From NCBI GenBank assembly GCA_964430885.1, contig CAYSHM010000021.1, forward strand, positions 1-53,811: DNA of 53,811 nt, in the 5' to 3' direction. The position numbers were made by a program, and so were the translations under genes. The stretch is from an uncultured archaeon (GTDB lineage: Archaea > Thermoplasmatota > Penumbrarchaeia > JASLWR01). The notes beneath the pieces were generated by a model. It made no database searches, was not told the origin of the DNA, and was given only the letters and a program-made list of their open reading frames with translations. Positions 19,409-28,602 of this stretch are shown piece after piece. Numbering within the stretch: position 1 is the first letter of the stretch; every line of letters starts with the position of its first letter.

Positions 19409-19987
19409 GTGAAGGTGATGGAAAAGATTAGAAAAGATGTGAATTATGTTGTTTCGGGACTTCCGAGATCCGGCACTTCAATGATGATGCAGATCCTCAA
19501 AGCTGGCGGCATGCCTATCGCTACTGATAAGTTCAGAAAACCAGATGAAAGCAATCCCAAGGGCTATCTGGAAATCGAAAGTATAATCGATAGATTGAAG
19601 GAAAACAACCAATTGATATTCGATTTTCGTGGAAAGGTCGTAAAAATCATCTCTCTGGGATTGAAATACCTGCCTCCTGGAGATTATATCATCATCTACA
19701 TGGACAGGGATATAGATGAAGTTCTTGATTCCATGGAGAAAATGGCAGGAGTAAAGGACGAGGAAAGGGAGCTTACCAGACTAAGTTTCGAAAAATTAAA
19801 TCTTATATTGAAGGAATCCATCCGTGAAAGGGAGGATTGTCAGGTCTGCAATGTTAATTATAACGAGATATTGGAGAACCCCGCACCGCCCCTAAATAAG
19901 GTATTTGGATTTCTTGACCTGCCGCTGGATCTGGATAGAATGATGAACAGCGTTGATTCTAGACTTTATAGGCAGAGAAATAAATGA
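19409..19987 (+). CDS. PAPS-dependent sulfotransferase family protein
   Basis: 5'-PSB loop VVSGLPRSGTSMMM, NPKGYLE, IIYMDRDIDEVLDS (3'-PB-like), VNYNEILENP. Confidence 0.88.
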   Translation: MKVMEKIRKDVNYVVSGLPRSGTSMMMQILKAGGMPIATDKFRKPDESNPKGYLEIESIIDRLKENNQLIFDFRGKVVKIISLGLKYLPPGDYIIIYMDRDIDEVLDSMEKMAGVKDEERELTRLSFEKLNLILKESIREREDCQVCNVNYNEILENPAPPLNKVFGFLDLPLDLDRMMNSVDSRLYRQRNK

Positions 19988-20062
19988 ACTACATTTTAAA
20001 TTTGATTTGATATGGCGCAAAAAAGCGTGAAACTTTACAAATAACGGATATAAAACAAAGGA

Positions 20063-20605
20063 GTGAATACAATGAAAAATACTAATGGAGTAACTGTATG
20101 GTTCACAGGTTTATCAGGATCAGGCAAATCAACCGTGGCCGACAGGGCCAGAGACATTCTGGCAGAGAAATATGATGTGAACGTCGAAAGACTGGATGGA
20201 GATATTGTCAGAAAGAGCCTAACAAAGGACCTGGGGTTTTCAAAAAGAGATCGCGATCTGAATATTGAGAGGGTAACCTTTGTGGCAAAACTGCTCACAA
20301 GGAATGGAGTTATTGTACTCTTGTCCTTTATTTCGCCCTATATTGAAAAGAGGGCACGGGCCAGGAAGGAAATTGGGAATATGCTGGAAGTATTTGTTCA
20401 CTGCCCCCTGGAGGTATGTGAAGACAGAGATGTTAAGGGAATGTACAAACTGGCAAGAGAAGGTAAGATCCAGAATTTCACGGGTATCAGTGACCCCTAC
20501 GAGGAACCGCCCAATCCTGAGCTTGTCCTTCACACCCACGAGGAGACCATTAATGAAAGTGCCCTAAAGGTCATTGAGGCTTTAAAGAAAAATGGTTTTC
20601 TCTGA
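20063..20605 (+). CDS. cysC: Adenylyl-sulfate kinase
   Basis: WFTGLSGSGKST, LDGDIVR, LGFSKRDRDLNI, ISPY, RDVKGMY, FTGISDPYEEP. Confidence 0.97.
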   Translation: MNTMKNTNGVTVWFTGLSGSGKSTVADRARDILAEKYDVNVERLDGDIVRKSLTKDLGFSKRDRDLNIERVTFVAKLLTRNGVIVLLSFISPYIEKRARARKEIGNMLEVFVHCPLEVCEDRDVKGMYKLAREGKIQNFTGISDPYEEPPNPELVLHTHEETINESALKVIEALKKNGFL

Positions 20606-20655
20606 GATAACAGAATCGGGGAAACTAGATATTGAGATATTTCCGGACTAGCAAA

Positions 20656-20709
20656 ACATATCCTGGCTGATACTGCCTTTTTTAAATACCATCAGGATAT
20701 GTGTTTTTT
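20656..20709 (+). terminator. Hairpin plus T-tract downstream of cysC
   Basis: ACATATCCTG (20656-65) pairs with CAGGATATGT (20693-702), followed by GTTTTTT. Confidence 0.45.
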
Positions 20710-20935
20710 ATATCACTATTTGAAAGCAGAAAATTTGTACTGTACCGTTTTCTTATAAGTCCATCCTCAATATTTACCGTTCCAGCTTACAATCATCACT
20801 TATTTAAAATAATCGTACCCCTATGATGTGGGAAGGATTATTACCACAAGGCAAACCATTTGATAGGATAAAATTGATATCTTGACCTGCTTTGCCTTAA
20901 TTGCAGTGTAAAAAAGGAATGGCATCGGAAATTTT

Positions 20936-22174
20936 ATGACAAAACTGAAGAAATTAAACTCGGAACAGCGCTACAAACTTAACCTTGCCCTAGACAAGAT
21001 AAGAAATTATAAAGGGAGGGGGACCCAGCTAATTTCCCTTTACATTCCGCCTGATAAACAGATCTTCGATGTTACCAATTATCTGAAGAATGAACTATCA
21101 GAATCATCCAATATCAAATCCAAATCCACTAGGAAAAATGTCACCGCTGCCCTTTCATCCATCCTCAGCAGACTGAAGTCATACAAAACGCCCCCTTCGA
21201 ACGGACTTGTATTATTTGTTGGTCATCACGATGTTGGAGCCGATCAGACAGATATGACCCAGAACGTGATCGAACCTCCATTACCAATCACTACCTTCAG
21301 ATACAGATGCGACAGCGAGTTCGAACTGGATCAGCTGGAAGAGATGGCCGTAAGCGAGGATCTCTACGGCCTCCTTGTTCTTGATAGGAGCGAGGCATCC
21401 ATAGGATTGATAAGGGGCAGAAGAATCGAGATGATAACTAATTTTGCATCCCGAATACCCAGCAAGCACAGCAAGGGCGGTCAGTCTGCCCAGAGGTTCG
21501 AACGGCTTATCGAGATCGCAGCCCATGATTATTTCAAGAAGGTGGGGGAAAAGGTCAACCATGCATTTCTTGATCTACCTGAACTCGAAGGCATATTAAT
21601 CGGCGGCCCTGGAAAGACCAAGGACTTCTTTGCTGAAAAGGATTTTCTGCATCATGAACTTAGGAAGAAGATCATTGGAACATTCAATACAAGTTATACA
21701 AATGATTTCGGATTGAAAGAGCTGGCCAATAATGCATCTGAAACCCTGAAGGATATAGATCTTTTCAAGGAAAAGAAGGAAATGCAGAGATTTTTAGCCG
21801 AGCTGAGAAAGAGGGATGGGGGGCTGGCAGTTTACGGGCTTGATGCGGTGAGGAAATCGCTTTTAATAGGTGCAACCGAGACCCTGATACTCAGCGAGGA
21901 GCTCCGAAAGCAGATTGTCAGAGGGCGATGCGGGAATGAGAATAAACCTATAGAAATGATACTGGATAAAGATACTGATGATATATCTTGTCCAGACTGC
22001 GGAGGGGAGTTCATTTTGGAGGAGAGCTGCGATCTGGTTGAAGCTTTCTCTAATGAGGCCGAGGCCATATCCACGGAGATCAGACTCATATCCGGAAATA
22101 GCGAAGAGGGAGATATGCTGATTAAAGCCTTTGGAGGTATTGCCGGAATATTGAGATACAAGATTCAGTTATAG
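20936..22174 (+). CDS. prf1: Peptide chain release factor aRF1
   Basis: GRGTQLISLYIP, NIKS, YRCDSEF, KGGQSAQRF, FGGIAGILRY. Confidence 0.97.
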   Translation: MTKLKKLNSEQRYKLNLALDKIRNYKGRGTQLISLYIPPDKQIFDVTNYLKNELSESSNIKSKSTRKNVTAALSSILSRLKSYKTPPSNGLVLFVGHHDVGADQTDMTQNVIEPPLPITTFRYRCDSEFELDQLEEMAVSEDLYGLLVLDRSEASIGLIRGRRIEMITNFASRIPSKHSKGGQSAQRFERLIEIAAHDYFKKVGEKVNHAFLDLPELEGILIGGPGKTKDFFAEKDFLHHELRKKIIGTFNTSYTNDFGLKELANNASETLKDIDLFKEKKEMQRFLAELRKRDGGLAVYGLDAVRKSLLIGATETLILSEELRKQIVRGRCGNENKPIEMILDKDTDDISCPDCGGEFILEESCDLVEAFSNEAEAISTEIRLISGNSEEGDMLIKAFGGIAGILRYKIQL

Positions 22175-22314
22175 ACCTTTTCAATATTCTTTTTAGAAAA
22201 ATTACCAATAATATAATACCCTCCTTTGATTTTATGTATATCCCACATCAGTGAATCCCAATTAAGTTTCTCCAGTAAAGAATCCAAAACCCTCCATTGT
22301 AACCGGGTGCAACA

Positions 22315-23358
22315 ATGACCAGCAAGAGAGAAAATTCTCACTTCGGCAAGTCATACCTTAATAGGCCATCTCAACCCTATAATCCAGCCATATTTTCCAT
22401 TATTGCACATTCACCGAAGAGCAGCGAATTCAAACAGAAGGACATTGATCAATACAATGCCATAAAGAAAGGTGTTCGGGTAAAAGATATTGAAGATTCA
22501 AGGAGAAAAAATGTAGCGGTGAACATAGCGAAGAAGACTCTGTTAACATCTGGTAAAGCAGCTAAGGGATCAATTAAGGTAGCCCAAAAAGCTGCAAAGA
22601 AGACCATTGAGACCTCCACAAAGGCCGCTGGCGGAACTAAAAGACTGGTTGATAATAAGATAAATAGGGGAAGGGCAAGTACAAAAACCCATTATATCCT
22701 TATATTGATGCATTTTTTCGGTCCGTTCATTGTGTTTTTCCTATTTTTCTTAATACTGTATTTGGGACTGCCCAACAAGATAGCTTCCAGATACCTAATC
22801 TCTGGAAGCATTTATATAATACCCTCGCCCGCGGGGGATAAGACAGTCCTCATAAGCACCGCTCCGGATGCTTTGAAGGGAAGCCGTTATCTAATGGCTG
22901 TGGAGATCGCGGTCTTAGATACCCTTTTAGCATGGTTCCTCTGCTACAATCTGGATCTGATAAGGGATTGGAAAACCGCTGACAGGTTCATTTCATTTGT
23001 GGAGAAAAAGTCACTTTTAGCCTTTAAAAGAAGACCATGGATTCGCAAAGTGGCCATTGGATTTCTTGCCCTGTTTGTAATTATCCCTATGCAGGGAAGC
23101 GGCGGTTTAACAGCATCTGCCATAGGGAAGTTTATGGGATTAAAGCCCTGGAAGGTAATATTATCCATAGGGCTGGGTTCTCTAGGGGGATGTCTGCTGA
23201 TAGCTTATGCGGTGGACACCATCAAATCGATATTCACCCCAAGGGTTCAGATCATATTGTTCATCATCCTGGTTTCTCTGGTTGTAGCATTCTTTTTCTA
23301 TAGCAATAAAAAGGAAAGAAGATTGAAGAAAGAACTGGAAGATAAAGAGATTGAATAA
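22315..23358 (+). CDS. Small multidrug export-like (COG2426-type) membrane protein with a basic N-terminal extension
   Basis: FVIIPMQGSGGLTASAIG motif and several TM segments; about 120 aa Lys/Ala-rich N-terminus. Confidence 0.7.
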   Translation: MTSKRENSHFGKSYLNRPSQPYNPAIFSIIAHSPKSSEFKQKDIDQYNAIKKGVRVKDIEDSRRKNVAVNIAKKTLLTSGKAAKGSIKVAQKAAKKTIETSTKAAGGTKRLVDNKINRGRASTKTHYILILMHFFGPFIVFFLFFLILYLGLPNKIASRYLISGSIYIIPSPAGDKTVLISTAPDALKGSRYLMAVEIAVLDTLLAWFLCYNLDLIRDWKTADRFISFVEKKSLLAFKRRPWIRKVAIGFLALFVIIPMQGSGGLTASAIGKFMGLKPWKVILSIGLGSLGGCLLIAYAVDTIKSIFTPRVQIILFIILVSLVVAFFFYSNKKERRLKKELEDKEIE

Positions 23359-23491
23359 AAATGAGATTTTATTGTCACTATATCAACAGGGTTTTTTCAA
23401 TGGAAAGAAAAACACAGAATGAAGTGAAGTCGGTAGTTCCGTCACCTTTTCACTATTGAATATCGGCCTGTGAATAATTAATCCACGTGGT

Positions 23492-24478
23492 TTACAGCTC
23501 TGATACGATTGTGCATAACTGCTTGAAGACATCTTCCAAAACCCTTCGGTAATTTCCATCTATTCCAATGAACCCTGCAGCCCCTTTATGACCCCCTCCA
23601 TCACCTCTGTAATTGTTTGATAAATTGTTCAGGAATCCGCCTAGGTCCAACCCTTTTTCTACCAAGCGGTGATTTGCCCTGCCTGATATTCTAAAACCCT
23701 TCTTAGCAGGGGAGGCTACCAGAACAGCATCGGCCCCTCCTGCAATAATGCTTCTTCCGGCACTGCCCTCGAAGCTGGAAACGTAGGATTTGGCAACAAC
23801 ATAACCTTTGATATCACGGTACTGCATCCTCTGGAGTGCCTTTAAACACGCTATTCTCTCACCGTGGTTCACAGGAGTATCCAGAGCATCAAGCCAAGGC
23901 TCCATGGTGGTTCCCAGAGACCTTAATATTTCAGATATTACTGAGGCGCACCTATGGTCCGCAAATCTCATATGTGAGGTATCGGTTATGATCCCCAGTA
24001 AAAGGGTGGACAATACCTTTCCAGGAACAATGACCCCTGATCTCTTCAGAATCTCATAGATTATCTCACTATTGGAGGAGCGGAGTGGGAAATTATAAAA
24101 TCGGGCCTTGTCTGGAACGACCTGACTGGTATGGTGGTCGATTATTATAGGTTCAGGAATCCTGCAGGCGGTATCATTAATTCTCTGAGGCGAAGAAACA
24201 TCAAGATAAAAAAAAGCTGAATTCGGACCCAGGTGATGATCATTGAGAACCTCGTAAACAATGTCGGAGAAATCTGCCACCAGTTTGCCAGTCTTTGACA
24301 GGGTATCAGCAATAAGGATTCTACCCTGAAATATGACTGACATTGCAAAAGCACTCGCTACTGCGTCCCCATCCGCTAGAGTATGAACCACAAAATACAG
24401 GTCGCGTCCTTCATTCAATGAATACCGCAGATGGGCAAGGATTCTATCCTGAAGGACTCCGTCCATATCTTCAGTCAT
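23492..24478 (-). CDS. DHH/DHHA1 phosphoesterase (archaeal type that follows pfdB)
   Basis: HTLADGDAVAS, IIDHH, GIITDT, GGGHKGAAG. Confidence 0.9.
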   Translation of the reverse strand: MTEDMDGVLQDRILAHLRYSLNEGRDLYFVVHTLADGDAVASAFAMSVIFQGRILIADTLSKTGKLVADFSDIVYEVLNDHHLGPNSAFFYLDVSSPQRINDTACRIPEPIIIDHHTSQVVPDKARFYNFPLRSSNSEIIYEILKRSGVIVPGKVLSTLLLGIITDTSHMRFADHRCASVISEILRSLGTTMEPWLDALDTPVNHGERIACLKALQRMQYRDIKGYVVAKSYVSSFEGSAGRSIIAGGADAVLVASPAKKGFRISGRANHRLVEKGLDLGGFLNNLSNNYRGDGGGHKGAAGFIGIDGNYRRVLEDVFKQLCTIVSEL

Positions 24479-24489
24479 GTGAAATCATT

Positions 24490-24837
24490 TCATTGGTTTC
24501 CTTTATTCAAAATCGTTTCCAGTTGATTTTGTATCTCTTTGAGCTGTTCCTTTATGCTCTCCTCCTGAGATACAAATCTTTTTAGTTGAAATTCCAAACT
24601 CTCCTTTTTATCCTCAAGATCGGATTTCAACTTTTCAGAATCATGGACCTCTATCATAACCGAGCCCAATTCCTTGTAGATCCGCTCATCGCCCTTCAAA
24701 GCTGACAGCTCATCAATAGTTTTATTGGTCTCATTTATCAATTGCCGTATCTGTACTACCTGGGTGGCGATGGTCTGGTAATGCTGTCTTAATTGGTCGT
24801 AACGATTCAGATGCTCTTCAGCGGTAATTTCTGCCAT
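24490..24837 (-). CDS. pfdB: Prefoldin beta subunit
   Basis: Coiled coils flanking IYKELGSVMIEV; conserved operon context. Confidence 0.9.
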   Translation of the reverse strand: MAEITAEEHLNRYDQLRQHYQTIATQVVQIRQLINETNKTIDELSALKGDERIYKELGSVMIEVHDSEKLKSDLEDKKESLEFQLKRFVSQEESIKEQLKEIQNQLETILNKGNQ

Positions 24838-24947
24838 ATAATCCGTCTCCGTTTTATACTATTATTAACCCAATATAATGAAATGATCACCAATATACAT
24901 TAATTGGCAACCAGTATTTCAATATGGTGATAAATATCAATAGGGGA

Positions 24948-25205
24948 CTAATCTACTATCTTTAGTATGAGATCAGATAGACCGAGATAGGAATTTAATG
25001 CCGCTCTCATTGTAGATATCCTATTGGCCTCAATGACAAGGCTCAAACGGCCGTCCTTTTCTTCCAAATATGCTACTGACCCCGGAACCTCCTCAGTACT
25101 TTCCACCCCTATTGTTTTCTTTAAAATATCCTTTCGGGGCTCATCCACATTAAATATTATTCTGGCCAGGATAGGAAACTCTACTTCATTTTCCATATTT
25201 ATCAT
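24948..25205 (-). CDS. pcc1: KEOPS complex subunit Pcc1
   Basis: LSLVIEANRISTMRAALNSYL motif; lies between rpoP and pfdB. Confidence 0.88.
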   Translation of the reverse strand: MINMENEVEFPILARIIFNVDEPRKDILKKTIGVESTEEVPGSVAYLEEKDGRLSLVIEANRISTMRAALNSYLGLSDLILKIVD

Positions 25206-25287
25206 AATCTCGCATTAAAGAAATCAATGAAAAATAAGGGAGAATAATTGCTAATATTTCTATTTAGATCCAAATGAGTTATCTGAA

Positions 25288-25428
25288 TCAATTAGAATAA
25301 AGTGTCTTGGTGATGGTGTGAGCGTTCCTCTTATACAATATCTTTCCACCACATCTGCTGCATCTGATCTTCCGAATATCGTCATCATCACGGATGATGG
25401 CCCCGCATTCACCGCATTTGAACTGCAT
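25288..25428 (-). CDS. rpoP: DNA-directed RNA polymerase subunit P (Rpo12); absent from the ORF track
   Basis: Manual translation MQFKCGECGAIIRDDDDIRKIRCSRCGGKILYKRNAHTITKTLYSN*; CxxC..CxxC, ILYK; GGAGTGA SD; follows rpl37ae. Confidence 0.93.
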   Translation of the reverse strand: MQFKCGECGAIIRDDDDIRKIRCSRCGGKILYKRNAHTITKTLYSN

Positions 25429-25435
25429 GGGAAAT

Positions 25436-25729
25436 TCACTCCTGGTCCATTTCCTCTATTTTTTTGAACAAAAGTGTTTTGGATTTCATAAAAGCTGATA
25501 CTGGAAGGAATGCTCCTCCTGTAAACTTGTGGTTGCAGTGCCTGCATTGCCAAATACCCACAGATATCTTCTTCACAGACCGGTATGCACACTTTGGACA
25601 GTGATATTTCTTCCTAGATGATTCCATCACTATCTTGACCTTGTTCTTAACACTTCTACCATATCTGGGACCGAAGGTCGCTACGATTCCCAGTTTCTTC
25701 GTCCTCCTCGACATCTCATTTCCCCTCAT
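25436..25729 (-). CDS. rpl37ae: 50S ribosomal protein L37Ae (eL43); probable start 25714
   Basis: RRTKKLGIVATFGPRYG, CPKC..GIWQCRHC..FTGGAF. Confidence 0.96.
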   Translation of the reverse strand: MRGNEMSRRTKKLGIVATFGPRYGRSVKNKVKIVMESSRKKYHCPKCAYRSVKKISVGIWQCRHCNHKFTGGAFLPVSAFMKSKTLLFKKIEEMDQE

Positions 25730-25922
25730 ATTGTTGTTACATTTAGATTCTAATTGTATTGCAAATTGAAGGATGTAATTGCACTTATACTGAAATAAAG
25801 TACATTATTTCCATCATCCCAATTAATTTCTTTTAGGTGAGTAGTGTAATCTTATATCAACATTACCCAAATAATATAGTGCTGACCCAAATTTTATTAT
25901 TAAAACTGGAATCCTTTCTACT

Positions 25923-28346
25923 TTAGTTCGCACCAAAAAAATTCTTGATTTCCCCAGTAATATTCCGGCATTCCCTGAATTCCCCTAGTAAATTCTTAAA
26001 TCTTTTCACCCTGTAATCCAAAATAACTGCTGCACCCCTATCCTGTTCATCCCTTATCAGCCTTCCGATGGTCTGAAGGGTCTTGCGGACAGTGGGTGCA
26101 GTCACTGCTATCAACCAGCCATCGTTCATCTTTACATCGTAATAGAACTTCAGGGCCTTCTGCCTGGAATTGGGAGAAGGAAAAGGCAGCCCCACCAGTA
26201 TTACCATTTCCAGAAGATTCCCAGGGAAATCCATCCCTTCTGACATTCTTCCGCCCATTACAGATAGAAATATTCCACCATTGGAATCCTTGAATTGAAT
26301 TATCTCATCTATGAGTGCTGATCGCGAGGCGGGATTACTCTCGGAAAACAAAGGTCTTCTCAAAACATGAGCCGTCCCTTCAAGCACTTTCTGAAATAAT
26401 CCCAACAGCCTATAAGAGGGAAAGAAGATTATCGTGTTTCCATTATGAGAAGCAAGTATGGATTCCAGGGTATCGATATACAGCTTGAACATCTTCTCAT
26501 CTCGAAAAAAGCGCGAGAATTTCGTCGTTAGATTAGATGAATATATTTTCATAAGATTGGATGGAGGAAAAGGGGAAGGATATACTGCTACTGAAGGGGC
26601 TTTTAACTGCAGGGTCTTAATGTATTCATCTATGGGTTCCAGAGTTCCAGACATGTGAACTGAGGCTAGAAAATCTTCAGATATGATTCCCCCGTTGCAA
26701 GGATCAAGACAAAAAGCATCCAGATGAATGCTGGTATCACTCCGCACCAATTTAATAAATTCATCCTCTTCAATATTGAACCAATTTAAGAGGAAATCTG
26801 ATACCATCAATAGATAGGATCGAGGCACCTCATTCATATCATTCTTCACTGATATAATATACCTTCCCAGGGATTGACAGCTCGCCAATGTTTTAACAAG
26901 AGCGGTGGAAGTACATCCCAATTCGCTCATTACTCCATGGAGCAAGTCATTATGAGGAAGTATCCCATCCCTGGCGCCCACCGCCTTTATCGAATCATTC
27001 ATAAAGGATTTTACCGCATGATCTCTCACTGGATCAAAAAAGGTATCTGAAGAAACCTTTTCTTTCCAAAAATAGGACACATCATCATCAATATCTTCAT
27101 TGTTAATCTGAACGGCATCCTTCTCATCAGATATGTAATCATTCAATGTAACAAAAGAAGACATATGTTTCTCATTTTTATTGCTAGTTTGGGATCCTGG
27201 TTGAACCCCTTCTTTTTGTGATCCAAAATCAGCAATGCTGTTTCCAGACATATATGGAGCACGATCTGTCAAAGGTCCCTTTTTGCCTCTAATATCTGAA
27301 CTTCCTAAGTAATCATGAATATAATCCTCGGCAAGGGCCGTCATTTTTCCCAGGACCGTATTAAGCAATTCTTGAATATCAGATTTCTGACCGCCAAGGA
27401 AGCCTTCCCCATCCGCCAGCTCTTCAAGTTCGTGAAGCGACCTTTTCACAGTGATTTCTGAAAGAGAAAAAGAATACATCTCCCTAAGTTGATTTGGGAG
27501 ATTATGCGCTTCATCAACCACAAGTATCATCCTGCCGGGTGTGGTATTCATCCAATCAAGCAAATGATGCCTGATATTATCATTAAAAACAAACACATAA
27601 GGCATAACCGCCATCAACGATTCTTTCAATAATTCTTTGCCAAGCTCATAGGGACATATTCCCAAGCTGTAGCATTTTTCCAGCATTGATCCCGCCGAGG
27701 GAATATTTTCCTCCATCCACTCCTTCAACGGTTCAGAACCATCCTTCAGCAGATTATAATAGAAAGGACAGTATTCCTGGGAACACTCCCAGGTCTTTTT
27801 TTCTCCAGCGATCTCATTTTCATATTCCGAATGAACCAACAAAGATAGACCGCCGTTCGAACCCACTTCCCGGTTAGATAAGGGCCCTCGATGGGAAATC
27901 TGAGCCAAATCCTTTTCCAACAGCGCGGCAGTTTTCTTTTTTTTGGAATTGCACAGGAGAGATATCTCATCAGGAAGTACATCCTCACTCACCAATCCTC
28001 TTTTGCATAGAAGACACATATTGGTTCTGCCCTGGAGAGGAATTATGAGCCTCTGTGAAATTCTGGCATCCCTCTCATCGCAGCGCGTAGAGGATTCCCT
28101 TATTCTGGAAAAAATTTCTTTTGCTTCCTTGAAAACCTGTTCCTGCTGGGAATTGGTCCGTGTGGTATAAATGAGCTTATATCCATTATCCAAACAAAAA
28201 GGGATTAAAGCTGATAGGGCACACACGGTTTTTCCACTCCCCGTTCCTGCTTGAATAATCAAGGTTCCCTCTGTGTTCACCGCACCCTCAATATCTGCCA
28301 TAATCTGATGCTGATATTTTCTGGGTTCATATGGAAAAAAAGCCAC
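25923..28346 (-). CDS. xpd: XPD/Rad3-family Fe-S DNA helicase with large insertions
   Basis: Q motif FPYEPRKYQ, AGTGSGKT, four Fe-S Cys (NMC, LLC, YCPFY, ICPYE), DEAHNL, MSGTL, SEGMDF, QTIGRLIR. Confidence 0.92.
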   Translation of the reverse strand: MAFFPYEPRKYQHQIMADIEGAVNTEGTLIIQAGTGSGKTVCALSALIPFCLDNGYKLIYTTRTNSQQEQVFKEAKEIFSRIRESSTRCDERDARISQRLIIPLQGRTNMCLLCKRGLVSEDVLPDEISLLCNSKKKKTAALLEKDLAQISHRGPLSNREVGSNGGLSLLVHSEYENEIAGEKKTWECSQEYCPFYYNLLKDGSEPLKEWMEENIPSAGSMLEKCYSLGICPYELGKELLKESLMAVMPYVFVFNDNIRHHLLDWMNTTPGRMILVVDEAHNLPNQLREMYSFSLSEITVKRSLHELEELADGEGFLGGQKSDIQELLNTVLGKMTALAEDYIHDYLGSSDIRGKKGPLTDRAPYMSGNSIADFGSQKEGVQPGSQTSNKNEKHMSSFVTLNDYISDEKDAVQINNEDIDDDVSYFWKEKVSSDTFFDPVRDHAVKSFMNDSIKAVGARDGILPHNDLLHGVMSELGCTSTALVKTLASCQSLGRYIISVKNDMNEVPRSYLLMVSDFLLNWFNIEEDEFIKLVRSDTSIHLDAFCLDPCNGGIISEDFLASVHMSGTLEPIDEYIKTLQLKAPSVAVYPSPFPPSNLMKIYSSNLTTKFSRFFRDEKMFKLYIDTLESILASHNGNTIIFFPSYRLLGLFQKVLEGTAHVLRRPLFSESNPASRSALIDEIIQFKDSNGGIFLSVMGGRMSEGMDFPGNLLEMVILVGLPFPSPNSRQKALKFYYDVKMNDGWLIAVTAPTVRKTLQTIGRLIRDEQDRGAAVILDYRVKRFKNLLGEFRECRNITGEIKNFFGAN

Positions 28347-28602
28347 ATTATCAGATGCTCATATGACCAGGCTCTTTTTATCTTTTTCGTAGGTTTTTAT
28401 GAATTAGTGTTCATTCTCACACCAGAATGCAGAATATAACTTGAAAGGTTTGAGAAATTTTATATATGATTAAATCAAATATCTAGATGCTTGAGGGAGC
28501 CATAGTATACCACCAAAGTTAAACTAAAACCCTACCTAGAAAGAAATTCGAGATGGATTCATGAGGGGGAGAACATAGATCCAGTTCGAGAGGGTAGGAA
28601 AT

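Noticed and set aside
17127-20605. Dissimilatory or assimilatory sulfate reduction locus
   Set aside because: No aprAB, qmo, dsr, cysH or sulfite reductase nearby; a sulfotransferase is present instead
25260-25592. 110-aa ORF from the track overlapping rpl37ae
   Set aside because: Alternative-frame shadow of rpl37ae and the real rpoP gene
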